Below are positions 24,079 to 36,374 of a stretch of DNA of 64,000 bases, piece after piece. Location of the stretch: contig NC_083228.1 of NCBI RefSeq assembly GCF_032191835.1, positions 93,868,001 through 93,932,000 of the forward strand, read 5' to 3'. The translations under genes and the position numbers were made by a program. Every line of letters begins with the position of its first letter. Position 1 is the stretch's first letter. This stretch comes from Heteronotia binoei (lineage: Eukaryota). The notes beneath the pieces are model-generated. The model had not been told where the DNA came from, made no database searches, and saw nothing but the letters and a program-made list of their open reading frames with translations.

Positions 24079-24995
24079 GTATATTCATCTTAATTCTTGA
24101 TCTTTCTTTTTATGTATGTTCATAAGCTTAGAATTAAAGGACCACACTGAACTTTGAAGCTTTTGCATTTTGGTAAGGAAAGAGGAGTAATGATCATCAT
24201 AGAGCACAGAAAGGAGCTGGATATGATGGAGTTCCAAATCCATTGGATGTGTATTTATAATCTCATTTATAATCTCAAGGATTTAATATTTGCTGTGAAG
24301 CTGAGCCATTTCAGAGTGTAAACATTCTACCTGTGACTGACATACAGGGCAGACAAGTGGACTTTTTGTCATTCTGTTCATGAAACCAGGCCTTGCTTTA
24401 AAAACTTGTTAACTAAAAAAATCTAGCCACTCTGAACATGAGTTAGTGCAACAAGATAACAAAAGAAATGACATTTTAAATATAAGCAACTGCCCCTGAA
24501 TATGTGACTATTTAAATCAGCATAATTTTGTGGATGGTTGTTCTTCTATTCCTATGAATGTACATAGGCCTAAAGATATATTATTATTCTCTAATAGTAA
24601 TTTTTCCTCATAAATGTCCTTATTGAGGGATTTATCTTTTCCAAAATAAAAATGTTGGCATCACATCATAAGAGGTCAAAAAGTTAATGTGCAGAATATG
24701 GCTTGTTATTATGTCATTGCCAGATGTAGGCAATACAAAAATTGGTTTAAGTGCCACTTGTACAAACATTATTATTGAATCAATGCTTTTGATAACTCCT
24801 ATTATTACAAAAATTCTAAAATGAGACAGTTGTCCCCAATTTAATGTGTTGTGAATTGCAAGCTCTTCATATCATTTTGTTAAATTAATGTTATGAAACC
24901 TACTTTGACTCCAGACCATAATCATTTACCTTTCATAGCTATGGCCTTTCCACTCTAACCCTCTCTTTATTTGTGATTCTGTGTTACTGTTTCAG

Positions 24996-25141
24996 GTGTG
25001 GACACGATGAAAAACTATGAGCAGGTATTGCAACAGGTTCGCTATCGTAACTGGCATGCATCTTCCATCTTTGATAGGAAGTTTAGAATCAAGTGCTCAG
25101 AGTTGAATGGGCGTTATACAAGCAATGAATTTAATTTAGAG
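24996..25141 (+). CDS. CLSTN2: Calsyntenin-2 coding exon
   Basis: Acceptor gtttcag, donor GAG|gtaagt. Encodes (G)VDTMKNYEQVLQQVRYRNWHASSIFDRKFRIKCSELNGRYTSNEFNLE. 146 nt, phase 1 to 0. Confidence 0.95.
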
Positions 25142-25664
25142 GTAAGTCATGTGTAAAAAGCATGTCACCTATTCTTTCCACATCTGGGGGCAATCTCTGC
25201 TATTTTTTTAAGTTACACATAATAGTCCAGTAAAGACCTCTCATGGGCTTGTGCATTCCTCCTGTCCACTTTTTTCCTGGACAGTGTTAAGTATATTAAT
25301 CAATACATCAGATATTCTGAGCCATGGGTGTATGGATGTAGTGCATTCACTCAAAATACTATCCATGGTGTGCCTTTTGCCTTTGTGCTCCCCTTCCCCT
25401 CCTTTTGTGCAAACCATAGCTTGCTATTTCATCCGAACCAATAATATATGTCTGTCTTGCAAACCAGAAAGACAATTACAAACTATAGATTGTTGGTAGT
25501 AATGGCTGCCACCCCTGTTGGAAGAGAAGGGCTTGGTGCTGTTTCTTAGCCTCAGACTCTGGAAGGAGGGGGTTACAATAGACAGGCAAAACTGTGGGTT
25601 TCCTTCCTGTGTATTCTACTGCCTCTGTCCCTTTGATGTATAGAAGGGAATTGAAAACAAATCA

Positions 25665-26335
25665 GCCAGTATCATAATGCCCCTGTATAAATCGATGGTG
25701 CGGTCTCATTTGGAGTACTGTGTGCAGTTCTGGTCGCCGCACCTCAAAAAGGATATTATAGCATTGGAGAAAGTTCAGAAAAGGGCAACTAGAATGATTA
25801 AAGGGCTGGAACACCTTCCTTATGAAGAAAGGTTGAAACGCTTAGGGCTCTTTAGCTTGGAGAAATGTCGACTGAGGGGTGACATGATAGAGGTTTACAA
25901 GATAATGCATGGGATGGAGAAAGTAGAGAAAGAAGTACTTTTCTCCCTTTCTCACAATACGAGAACTCGTGGGCATTCGATGAAATTGCTGAGCAGACAG
26001 GTTAAAACGGATAAAAGGAAGTACTTCTTCACCCAAAGGGTGATTAACATGTGGAATTCACTGCCACAGGAGGTGGTGGCGGCCACAAGCATGGCCACCT
26101 TCAAGAGGGGATGAGATAAAAATATGGAGCAGAGGTCCATCANNNNNNNNNNNNNNNNNNNNNNNNNNNNNNNNNNNNNNNNNNNNNNNNNNNNNNNNNN
26201 NNNNNNNNNNNNNNNNNNNNNNNNNNNNNNNNNNNNNNNNNNNNNNNNNNNNNNNNNNNNNNNNNNNNNNNNNNNNNNNGAATGTTGGACTGGATGGGCC
26301 ATTGGCCTGATCTAACATGGCTTCTCTTATGTTCT
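25665..26335 (+). mobile_element. CR1 3' fragment (ORF2 C-terminus plus 3' UTR, spans a gap)
   Basis: MPLYKSMVRSHLEYCVQFWSPHLKKD...LFSLEKCRLRGD; the 3' end is ...ggcttctcttatgttcttat. Confidence 0.9.
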
Positions 26336-28283
26336 TATAGATTGACAACACAGGGAAATTGCTTTCCTTCCTTCCATTCTCTCTCTCTCTCCCACACTCC
26401 CACACACAAAGAAAGAGCATCTTTGGGATGATGGCAGCAGGATACCCTTCAGCATCCTCAACCATCCAAGATAGTTAGATTAGATTCCATCTCAAAGCTT
26501 TACTATCTAGAATGTAGTTCCTAAATAAAATGACTATTATTAGTCTTGAAACTGAGGTGCCTCTGTGTAACTTTGTAACTCTGCCAACACACTAAGAACA
26601 AAGAGTTTCTGTTGTGTGTCGTCAAGACACACTCTGCTATGGTGAGACAGGATACTGGATTAACTATATCAGTTACTCCCAACAACCTCAACCATTCTGT
26701 CTCCCACCATTAATCTCTCTTCATGCAGGCTTAGGTATACAAACAGGTGAGAGGAGTAACAATTTGCCACCCATTTCATCTCTCTTGAATAGGTAAAGAG
26801 CTCCAACCCCTTTCCAAACCTGGGGTTCCTTTTCCTCTCTTTCCCAGAGATGTCTCCAGAGAGAGAGACCATTTCCCTTTTATTATTCATCCCTCGCCCA
26901 GCTACCACTCAAGGCTACCAGAAACAGCGACCCTGATACTTCTTACTCTCCACCACCATGATATAATTAAGTAAATGCACGCCCCACAGATATGAAGGTT
27001 GGTGTATAGGGGTGGGTGTATTTTCTCTGAAACACTAGCCATCCAGTCAATAGGATTAAGCAGAGAATACAAAGAATTATATTTTATTTACATCTTCAAC
27101 AACATAGAATGACTCAAACACAGCAATGCATTTTTCCTAATATTTTAATGGATGATACCAGATGACCCAAACAGTCACAAATTATGAAGTATGAGTTCTC
27201 AGAAGTCAGCTCTAACTCAGGCTGTTTCCTTCATAGACTCAGAATCCTCCTTTTTTCCATGATTGACTGACTGTTCTCCTCATCTCTAACTTTCTGTTTT
27301 TAACTGACAGGCTCTTCCAACATTCCAACAGCTCCAGTTGGCTGCCTCTAGGAAAGGCAGAGCTGGACCTGTCCATCACAATGCAAACTATTGTTTGGGC
27401 TAAAAAAAGAAGGAACAAAAGTGCATTGGAGTGTACAAGGAAGGGCTGAGCACACAAGCACAAGCCTCATTCCTAGAGTGCCAAACTATGATGTGGTGAG
27501 ATGTGTGAAAGGACCTATAGTTAACATTAAAACCAGGCTAATTTTTGCCCCATGTCTTCCAATATAAAAGGGTTCTTTCTTTCATTTTGATGATCAGTAG
27601 CTTCCTCATACTTGCCGAGTAAAGAAGAATAAGTGCTAGACACATTTGTGGATTGTATTACTAGGTAATGAGGCAGAGCTTGGCCATTTCCTCTGCATGA
27701 CATATAAATGTTGCAGGTAATTCTAGTCATGAGCCATCAAACTTTGCTGAGCAAAAAGCTTCTGTCTTCTTATTCCTGCAAACATTGCTTCTCTGAACAC
27801 CTTGCTCACTGCTAGTAACAGCTACTATTTCCCCCCCTTTGTAAAGTCAATTTCATGCTGATAAAAGTATGCCATGGTCAGTGTGAGGGACTGAAATTTT
27901 CTAGCCTGACAGCAAACAAGTGCAGCAGTTAAACCCTTCCTTTTGCATTCTGGCCATAAGGCATGAAACTGACCATTTCTGATCACTTGTCAAACCAATT
28001 TAACATTTACTGTATCCAGAGAAATGCTAGTTCCCTAATGTGTCAAAAGGCAAATCTCACACACAATTCTGAATACAGCTTTTCTGCGCTACTTTCCTTT
28101 AGTGCTTATGCTCCAGTTGCATGATATAAGAGCCAGGGATGAATTCCTTGCTATTTTGACCCTGAAATCTGCAAATTAGGTTTGCTATGTCATCATGCAA
28201 AAAAAGGTATTATAGTGCCAAAAATACTAACTATAAATATATGTTAGTGGGATCTGATATATGTTACTGGTAATAACTGACCA

Positions 28284-28546
28284 GAAGAAGAAGAAGAGAT
28301 TGGATTTATACACCACCCTCACTCAAAGTTGCTTACAATCTCCTTTACCTTCCCCTCCACACAACAGACACCCTGTGAGGTAGGTGGGACTGAGAGAGCT
28401 CTGACAGAAACTGGTCTTGAGAGAACAATTCTGGAAGAGTTATGACTGACCCAAGATCACTCCAGCAGTTGCATGTGGAGGAGTGGAGAATCAAATCGTG
28501 TTCTCCCAAATTAGAGTCTGTACACTTAACCACTACATCAAACTGA
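28284..28546 (-). mobile_element. MIR/CORE-derived SINE (Squam3-like)
   Basis: The - strand has a tRNA-like head, the CORE-like ctcacagggtgtctgttgtg and a (TTC)n tail. Confidence 0.75.
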
Positions 28547-28559
28547 CCAGGAGCTGTGG

Positions 28560-29645
28560 TAGAAAACTTGCTGAAAATGTTGACTTGGTGCCAAAAAAAA
28601 GGGGGGGGGCAAATGCTATGCTGGGAATTATTATGAAGGGGACTGAAAACAAATCAACAGTATCATAATGTCCCTGTATAAATCAATGGTGTGGCCTCAT
28701 TTGGAATACTGTGTACAGTTCTGGTCACTGCACCTAGAAAAAGATATTCTAGCATTGGGAAAAGTGAAGAATAGGGCAACTAAAATATTAAGATGATGCA
28801 ACAATTTCTCTGTGAAGACAGGCTAAACAGGTTAGGGATCTTTAGCTTGGAGAAATGACGACTGAAGAGTGACATTACTACCGCCAACTTGTTTAATTGG
28901 AAACAAAATACTCCCAGCCTGAGGCAAGATCCAGAAAGGGTCCATGCCTTGTTCCAAAGCATTTGTTTTAGAGATGTATGAGGTTTACAAAATTATGCAT
29001 GGGGTAGAGAAGGTAGAGAAAGTAGTACTTTTCTCCCTTTCTCACAATACAAGAACTCATGAGTACTCAATGAAATTACTAAGCAGTTGGGTTAGAATGG
29101 ATAAAAGGAAGTACTTCACCCAAAGAGTAATTAACGCATGAAATTTGCTGCTGCAGGAAGTGGTGGCAGCTACAAGCATAAACATCTTTAAGAGGGAATT
29201 GGATGAACATATGAAGCAGAGGTCCATCTGTGTCTATTAGCCATAAGGTAACATGGGAGAAAGTAATTTTAAAAGTATGATGGGAGTAAGGTTTTATTAT
29301 GACAATTAGAATTCAAGAAGCATTTTAGGGTAGATGCTGAGCTGCTATAATTTAGTATACCTTCCAGTGATGTCAAGGGTATGTGGAATATGCAAATTAG
29401 TTGTGCAATTTAATTGTGCTAATGAGCTCCAGCACCTCTTTTTCTACAAAATGACCCCTGGAAGGAACACTATGCCTGGGGCAGTGATGCTCTGTATTTT
29501 TGGTGCTCGAGGGACAACGGTAGAAGTTCTGGCACTGCTGGTGGACCTCCTGATGGCATCTAGGTTTTGCCCACTGTGTGACACATAGTGTCAGACTAGA
29601 TGGGCCATTGGCCTGATCCAGCATGCCTTATCTTATGCTCTTATG
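28560..29645 (+). mobile_element. Older CR1 3' fragment with internal insertions
   Basis: Degenerate homolog of 25665-26335, ending in ggcctgatccagcatgccttatcttatgctcttat. Confidence 0.75.
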
Positions 29646-29719
29646 TCCTCCCATATTTGAAATTGTAACTTCTTTTCTTTCTTCCTGGATGAAGCATCTG
29701 TCCTGTACCCATTCCATCT

Positions 29720-30218
29720 ATATGCGCCCCCTTGCCCAGTTAGTATGGAGGTATGAGTTGGGTTGCCATCAGTATGCCAGTGACACCTAGCTCTATCTGT
29801 TGATGGATGGCCACCAAGACTCTGCCTCAGAAAATCTTGGCTTTGTGCTCAAGGCCATGACTGGGTGGTTGCAACAGACCTGACTGAAACTAAATCCGTC
29901 AAAGACGGAGGTCCTGTGTCTGGCCAGGGTGGAATAGGCATGAGAATAAGGCTCCCAACCATTGGTGGGGCACTTCTGTCACTAGCACCAAGGGTTCAGA
30001 GACTTGGGGTGATCCTGCATGTCTCATTGTCTGTAGAGGCCCAGGTCACCACAGTAGCCAGGTCTGCCTTCTACTATCTATGGCAGGCAAAACAACTGGC
30101 TCCCTACCTTTCCATCCAGGATCTGACCACAGTGATCCATGCAATGGTCACTTCCAGACTAGATTACAGCAAATTTGCTCTATGTGGGCTTGCCCTTGAA
30201 TCTGATCTGGAAACTCCA
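29720..30218 (+). mobile_element. L2-type LINE fragment, 5' part (RT: CHQYAxDTxLY)
   Basis: ggttgccatcagtatgccagtgacacctagctctat and downstream VTSRLDYS are typical squamate L2-like ORF2. It breaks at aaactcca. Confidence 0.72.
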
Positions 30219-32009
30219 TTTCATAGAATCATAGAGTTGGAAGGGACCTCTAGGGTCATCTAGTCCAATCCCCTGCACAATGCAGGAAACTCACAAACAC
30301 CTCCCCCTAACTTCACAGGATCTTCATTGCTGTCAGATGGCCATCTAGCCTCTGTTTAAAAACCTCCAAGGAAGGAGAACCCACCACCTCCTGAGTAAGC
30401 CTGTTCCACTGAGGAATCACTCTAACGGTCAGGAAGTTCTTCCTAATGTTGAGCCAGAAACTCTTTTGATTTAATTTCAACCCATTGGTTCTGGTCCTAC
30501 CTTCCAGGGCCACAGAAAACAATTCAACACCATCCTCTAGATGACAGCCCTTCAAGATCATATCACCTCTCAGCCGCCTCCTCTCCAGGCTAAACATCCC
30601 CAGCTCCTTCAACCTTTTCTCATAGGACTTGGTCTCCAGACCCCTCACCATCTTCGTCGCCCTTCTCTGGACCCGTTCCAGCTTGTCTATATCCTTCTTA
30701 AAATGTGGTGCCCAAAATTGAACACAATACTCCAGGTGAGGTCTTACCAGAGCAGAGTAAAGCAATACCATCACATCACGTGATCTGGACACTATACTTC
30801 TGTTGATACAGCCCAAAATTGCATTTGCCTTTTTAGCTACCACATCACACTGTTGAGTCTTGTTCAGCGTATGATCCACTAAGACCCCTAGATTCTTTTC
30901 GCACGTACTACTGCTAAGACAAGTCTCCCCATTCTATAACCATGCATTGGATTTTTCCTACCTAAATGCAGAACTTCACATTTATCCCTGTTAAAATTCA
31001 TTTTATTGGTTTTAGCCCAGTTTTCCAGCCTGTCAAGGTCATCCTGTATCCTGTTTCTGTCTTCTTCTGTGTTTGTAACCCCTCCCAATTTAGTATCATC
31101 TGCAAATTTAATAAGCATTCCCTCTATTTCTTCATCCAAATCATTGATAAAGATGTTAAACAAAACAGGTCCCAGGATAGATCCTTGAGGCACTGTACTT
31201 GTCACTTCTCTCCAAGAGGATGAGGAACCATTCACAAGCACTCTTTGGGTGTGATCTGTCAAACAGTTACAGATCCACCTAACGGTAACAGGATCCAAAC
31301 CACATTTTACCAACTTGTCAACAAGGATGGTATGTGGAACTTTATCAAAAGCCTTACTGAAATCAAGATAAACAATGTCTACAGCATTCCCCTGATCCAG
31401 TAAAGTAAAAAAAGAGATCAGGTTAATCTGACATGACTTGTTCTTGAGAAAACCATACTGGCTCTTAGTAACCATACCCATTCTTTCTAAATGTTCCAGG
31501 ACCGACTGTTTGATGATTTGTTCTAAAACTTTTCCAGGTATAGACATCAAGCTGGTGGGTCAGTAGTTACCCAGATCGTCTTTTTTCCCCTTCTTGATGA
31601 TGGGGACAACATTCACCTGCCTCCAATCTCTCGGCACCTCTCTTGTTCTCCATGAATTCTCAAAAATAATAGCTAGATGCTCAGAAATTACATCCACAAG
31701 CTCTTTTAGAACCCTTGGATGCAATTCATCTGGCCCTGAGGACTTAGTTTCATTTAAAGAAACTAGGTGTTTATGTACTACCCCTATGCTGATCCTAGGT
31801 TGGAACTTCATATTCTTCTTATATGTTCTGTTTTTGCCATGTTGAGCACCGTTTCCCTCAGAAGAGAAGAATGAAGAAAAGTAGGAATTGAGCAGTTCCA
31901 CCCTCTCTTCATTACCTGTTACAATTTCACTTTCTTGCCCTTGCAATGGGCCTACCATGTCCTTGCTCTTTTTCTTACTCTGAACATAAGAAAAGAACCC
32001 TTTTTTGTT
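30219..32009 (-). mobile_element. 5'-truncated CR1 LINE nested in the L2
   Basis: The 3' end reads ATTCTATG-type repeats on the - strand. ORF pieces include YLDFSKAFDKVPH, VPQGSILGPVLF, KFADDTKLGG and HLEYCVQFWAPH, with frameshifts. Confidence 0.92.
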
Positions 32010-32410
32010 TGGTGCAGAATGCTGTAGCACCCCTGCTTGCTGCAGCACCTATTCAGATGCACATGCAACCAGTGCTCTGCCAGCTTTACTGGTTACCAAT
32101 TGAGTACCAGATTCAGTTCAAGGTTTTGGTTCTGACCTTCAAAGCCCTGAACGACCTGGGACCAGCATATCTGTGAGACTGCCTCTTCCCATATACCCCC
32201 TGGAGAGCCTTACACTCCATGGATCAACATCTTCTAGTAATCCCTGGTCCAAAAGAAGTCCACTTAGCCTCAACCCAGGCCAGGGCATTATCTGTTCTGG
32301 CCCCTACCTAGTGGAACAAGCTCCTATTGGATTTTAGGGCCCTGCAGGGATTGTTGCAGTTCCACAGGGCCTGTAAGACAGAGCTGTTCCACCAGGCATT
32401 CAACTGAAGC
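32010..32410 (+). mobile_element. L2-type LINE fragment, 3' continuation
   Basis: Resumes at tggtgcagaatgc, so aaactcca|tggtgcagaatgc rejoins as KL-Q-LVQNA-like. Then encodes LCQLYWLPIEYQIQFKVLVLTFKAL. Confidence 0.72.
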
Positions 32411-32848
32411 GGTGGGCATTTTGTTATTCTGTGGCCTCCCTGCTTCAGGGACCCCAATAAAATAGCTCTGTGGACCCAGTTATCTTTTACCCACACTCCT
32501 GCCCCACCACCATGCCCTCACCCTCACGGAGTGCAGCCGCGGCAGTGTGAAAGTAGGACTGGGTGAGCTCTGGTTGAGCAGGGCCTGAGCAGCGGTGTGG
32601 AGTGCCTCAGAGGTGTGGAGTGCCTCTGAGAGTGCACTGCAGAGGTGTTCTCCTCTGAGTGGGGCCTCCCTTGTGAGGGAAGCCCAGATCAGAGAATCTA
32701 CAGTGACCCCCCCCCACCCGGCTGCTTTCATCTTGAAGGCAAGAGCAGCTGGGTGGAGCACATTCTCCTCCAAGCCAGGCTTTCCTTGCAAGGGTAGCCC
32801 AGCTTGGAGGAAAACACATGCCAATGTGCCATCCTGCCACTCAGCTTC

Positions 32849-34875
32849 CTTTTTTTGTTATTTATACTTTATTAAATTTTCATAAGCACATCGCAGACAG
32901 TCATTCCATCAAATGGACAATGGCACTCATCCCACACTCTGTGCACTGCCACCATGAATTCTCCTGATCTAAACTGCCTGTAACCTGAACGACTTAATTA
33001 GATGCTGGCATGCCAGTTCCCCAGCCCACACGCCCCGGGCAGGCAAAACCCAAACTTCAAGGTACAGAGTATTGAGTATTTGATGCTTCTTAAAAAGCCG
33101 ACCAAATCTCTTCGAATTGTTGTTGTTGACATTGCCGGCGATATGCTGCCCTTTCTTGCACAGCTAAGGCATACATTACCTCGAGCCAAATTATAATCGT
33201 GCCAGTGAAGTCTTCACACCACTGCAGCAGGATAAGCCACTTCGCAATCATTATAGCACGTGCAGCCCATCTTCGCTGCATATGAGTCAGTGGCCAGGTC
33301 AACGGGAAGTAGTTCAATAATATCTGCATAGCAGAGATAGACTGGTCAATATTGAGTACCTGTTGCATCCATCGAACGATCCCATCCCAGAAATTTTGTA
33401 ATGTCGGGCAATTCCACAGCATGTGAACCAGACCCGCCACTGGGTGCAGACACTGCCAACAAGCCAAGGATTCAGCCAAACCATGCTTATAGAGGCGGAG
33501 AGGAGTCCAATAAATCCTGAACAAAAGCTTTTGTTGTATTAAAATCAGACGAAGATCTTTCAAACAATGCCGGAGATCACTACAAATAGCCGCCCATTGA
33601 AAAGGGTAAATAGGGCAGTTGATTTCCTCACTCCATTGACATCACAAATCTTCCATAGAGTATTGCGAGTCTTTTTTCAGACATGAATATAAAACACGGA
33701 CTGGCTTATTTTGTTCTATTGCATGTTCTAGAGTCTGCAGGAGAGGCAGGGCATCCGGAACTGCCAAGGCGTCTGTGCCAAAAGAAGTGGACAGTGAATG
33801 CTTCAGTTGCTGGAATTGCAGCCACTGGTTAGCTGGTAACCCAAAGCTGCTTTGTAGATCCTCAAAAGAAAGAAATGCATCCTCATTGCTATCTTTAAGC
33901 TGATTGAGAGTTAAGAGACCCCTCTGTGCCCATAGCTTCCAAATCACCGGCTGTCCCTTTATCTTCACTTCGGGGTTGCCCCAAAGGTTCATCCGACTAT
34001 GGATGTAGTTGTCAAATCCGTAGGTATCACCCAAATATTGCCATGTTTGTCTTGACGCCCGAATTGATGGAAGAACCGGCTCTCCCTGATGGTATGTTGA
34101 CCCAAGCACACTCCATGTTGACAAAGGAGTGAGAACAGCAGTTTCCAAGTTCATCAGGGGTGACCCTGCAAGTTGATGAAGTGAAGCCCATCACTGAATA
34201 CCAGCCAACAAGTATGCCCAATGGTATAGGCATAAATTTGGCAGGCCGAATCCACCTCGGTCAAATGGTAACTGTAGACGTGCCCACGACAGCCAGGGGG
34301 GTTTCCCCTCCCACAAGAATTTCATTAATATTGAGTTGATTTTTCGAAACCATTTCTGCGGTATGTATTGATGGATACCACACAACACGTAAAAGAAACG
34401 GGGGTAGATGATCATCTTCAGAACGTTTATTTTACCCCAAAGCGACAAGGGGACAGCGGACCATCGCTCTAGCTCCGACTATATTTTCCCTATTACTTTA
34501 TTTAAGTTTAACTCAATCAGCATCTTAGGCTGTTTAGGAACAAGAATACCCAAATACATAATAAAAGCCTCTTGAACTGAGAACTGCCCAATGTCTCCCA
34601 TCAGTGCCTCTTCACCCCCAATCTGTAAAATTTCTGATTTTTGCCAGTTAATTTTATAACCGGACAGCCTGCCCCAAAGTAAGTTACCAGTTGAATAATC
34701 GCCAGTATCGATATTTCCAGCTGCATAATGGTAAGCATAGCGTCATCGGCATATAACAAAATCTTGAATGTCTGTGATTGATGACACATGCCATGGATGT
34801 TGTCATTCAATCGAACCGCCCTAGCGAGTGGCTCCAAACAAAGATCAAAGAGAAGAGGGGACAGCGATCCTGCCT
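32849..34875 (-). mobile_element. L1-clade LINE, decayed ORF2 C-terminal half plus 3' UTR and A-rich tail
   Basis: LSPLLFDLCLEPL, LLYADD, SLWGKINVLKMIIYPRF, GGFGLPNL and CWQC-x8-H-x4-C appear in successive frameshifted ORFs. AATAAA and an A-rich tail on the - strand at about 32849-32875. Confidence 0.85.
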
Positions 34876-35371
34876 CTATCTGCGCCACCTTCATCACTTT
34901 CGGGGTGTGGATCCCCCAGTGGGGTGGTCTCCCGACTCCCTCCGCCGGCTGTTTCTGATAGCCCTGCGCCCCCTCTTTCATTTGATATGTGTCCCGTGCG
35001 GATGCCACCCTCCCGCCGGGAGATGCCGCAAAATGAGCCCCCTTGAGGCTTATGGCGGCAGGGCTCGGGGGAAGCGAGCTAGACTGCTGTTCTTTTGAGG
35101 GGTTATAGAGTGTTTCGAGCCCGTCCCTGTGGCATCGGTCCCATCGTTGTGGGGCCCAGGGGGCCGGCGCAGCGGCCCGCTGAAGCAGCCTGTCGGTCAC
35201 TTCCGGGTTCCTGTCCTGCATCTCAACCTGTGTTATTAGTGACAGGCACGGGACACATATCAAATGAAAGAGGGGGTGCAGGGCTATCAGAAACAGCCGG
35301 CGGAGGGAGTCGCAAGACCACCCCACTGGGGGATCCACACCCCGAAAGTGATGAAGGTGGCGCAGATAGAG
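34874..35371. repeat. 126-bp inverted repeat (34874-34999 and 35246-35371) with a 246-bp CpG-rich spacer
   Basis: Arms compared directly: 3 mismatches in 126 bp. Confidence 0.93.
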
Positions 35372-35621
35372 CCAACAGAGCAAACAGGACAAAATAAATA
35401 GGCTGCATTATGCAGCACAGTTGAGAAAGTGCCTTATCCCATATACTGATGAAGTAAATACAGGATCTGAGAACAAAATTGCACCAGAAGACACAAACAC
35501 AAAGCTCCCTTACACTGAATCAGTGGTTGGGTCCACCAAAGTCAGTATTGTCCACTCCAGTCACAAACACAAAGCTCCCTTACACTGAATCAGTGCTTGG
35601 GTCCACCAAAGTCAGTATTGT

Positions 35622-35970
35622 CACATAAGAGAAGCCCTGTTGGATCAGGCCAGTGACCCATCCAGTCCAACACTCTGCGTCACATAAGAACATAAGAGAA
35701 GCCCTGTTGGATCAGGCCAGTGGCCCATCCAGTCCAACACTCTGTGTCACATAAGAGAAGCCCTGTTGGATCAGGCCAATGGCCCCTCCAGCCCAACACT
35801 CTGCGTCACATAAGAGAAGCCATGTTGGATCAGGCCAATGGCCCATCCAGTCCAACACTCTGTGTCACATAAGAACATAAGAGAAGCCCTGTTGGATCAG
35901 GCCAATGGCCCATCCAGTCCAACACTCTGTCACATAAAAACATAAGAGAAGCCCTGTTGGATCAGGCCAG
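35622..35970 (-). repeat. Tandem array of 59-67-bp CR1 3'-terminal units (5 full units plus a partial one, running into a gap)
   Basis: Unit cacataaga(acataaga)gaagccctgttggatcaggccagtggcccatccagtccaacactctgtgt is the reverse complement of the CR1 3' end seen at 26280-26335. Confidence 0.9.
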
Positions 35971-36374
35971 NNNNNNNNNNNNNNNNNNNNNNNNNNNNNN
36001 NNNNNNNNNNNNNNNNNNNNNNNNNNNNNNNNNNNNNNNNNNNNNNNNNNNNNNNNNNNNNNNNNNNNNNNNNNNNNNNNNNNNNNNNNNNNNNNNNNNN
36101 NNNNNNNNNNNNNNNNNNNNNNNNNNNNNNNNNNNNNNNNNNNNNNNNNNNNNNNNNNNNNNNNNNNNNNNNNNNNNNNNNNNNNNNNNNNNNNNNNNNN
36201 NNNNNNNNNNNNNNNNNNNNNNNNNNNNNNNNNNNNNNNNNNNNNNNNNNNNNNNNNNNNNNNNNNNNNNNNNNNNNNNNNNNNNNNNNNNNNNNNNNNN
36301 NNNNNNNNNNNNNNNNNNNNNNNNNNNNNNNNNNNNNNNNNNNNNNNNNNNNNNNNNNNNNNNNNNNNNNNNNN

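Noticed and set aside
26380-26985. Possible ERV solo LTR(s)
   Set aside because: LTR-like composition with an AATAAA-like signal, but no defensible TG..CA boundaries, TSD or second copy.
34601-35392. 263-aa ORF as a novel gene
   Set aside because: It is a chimera of inverted-repeat and leader sequence running into a decayed L1 RT fragment.
35622-35970. CRISPR-like regularly spaced repeats
   Set aside because: The units are contiguous with no unique spacers, equal the reverse complement of a CR1 3' end, and lie in vertebrate DNA with no cas genes.
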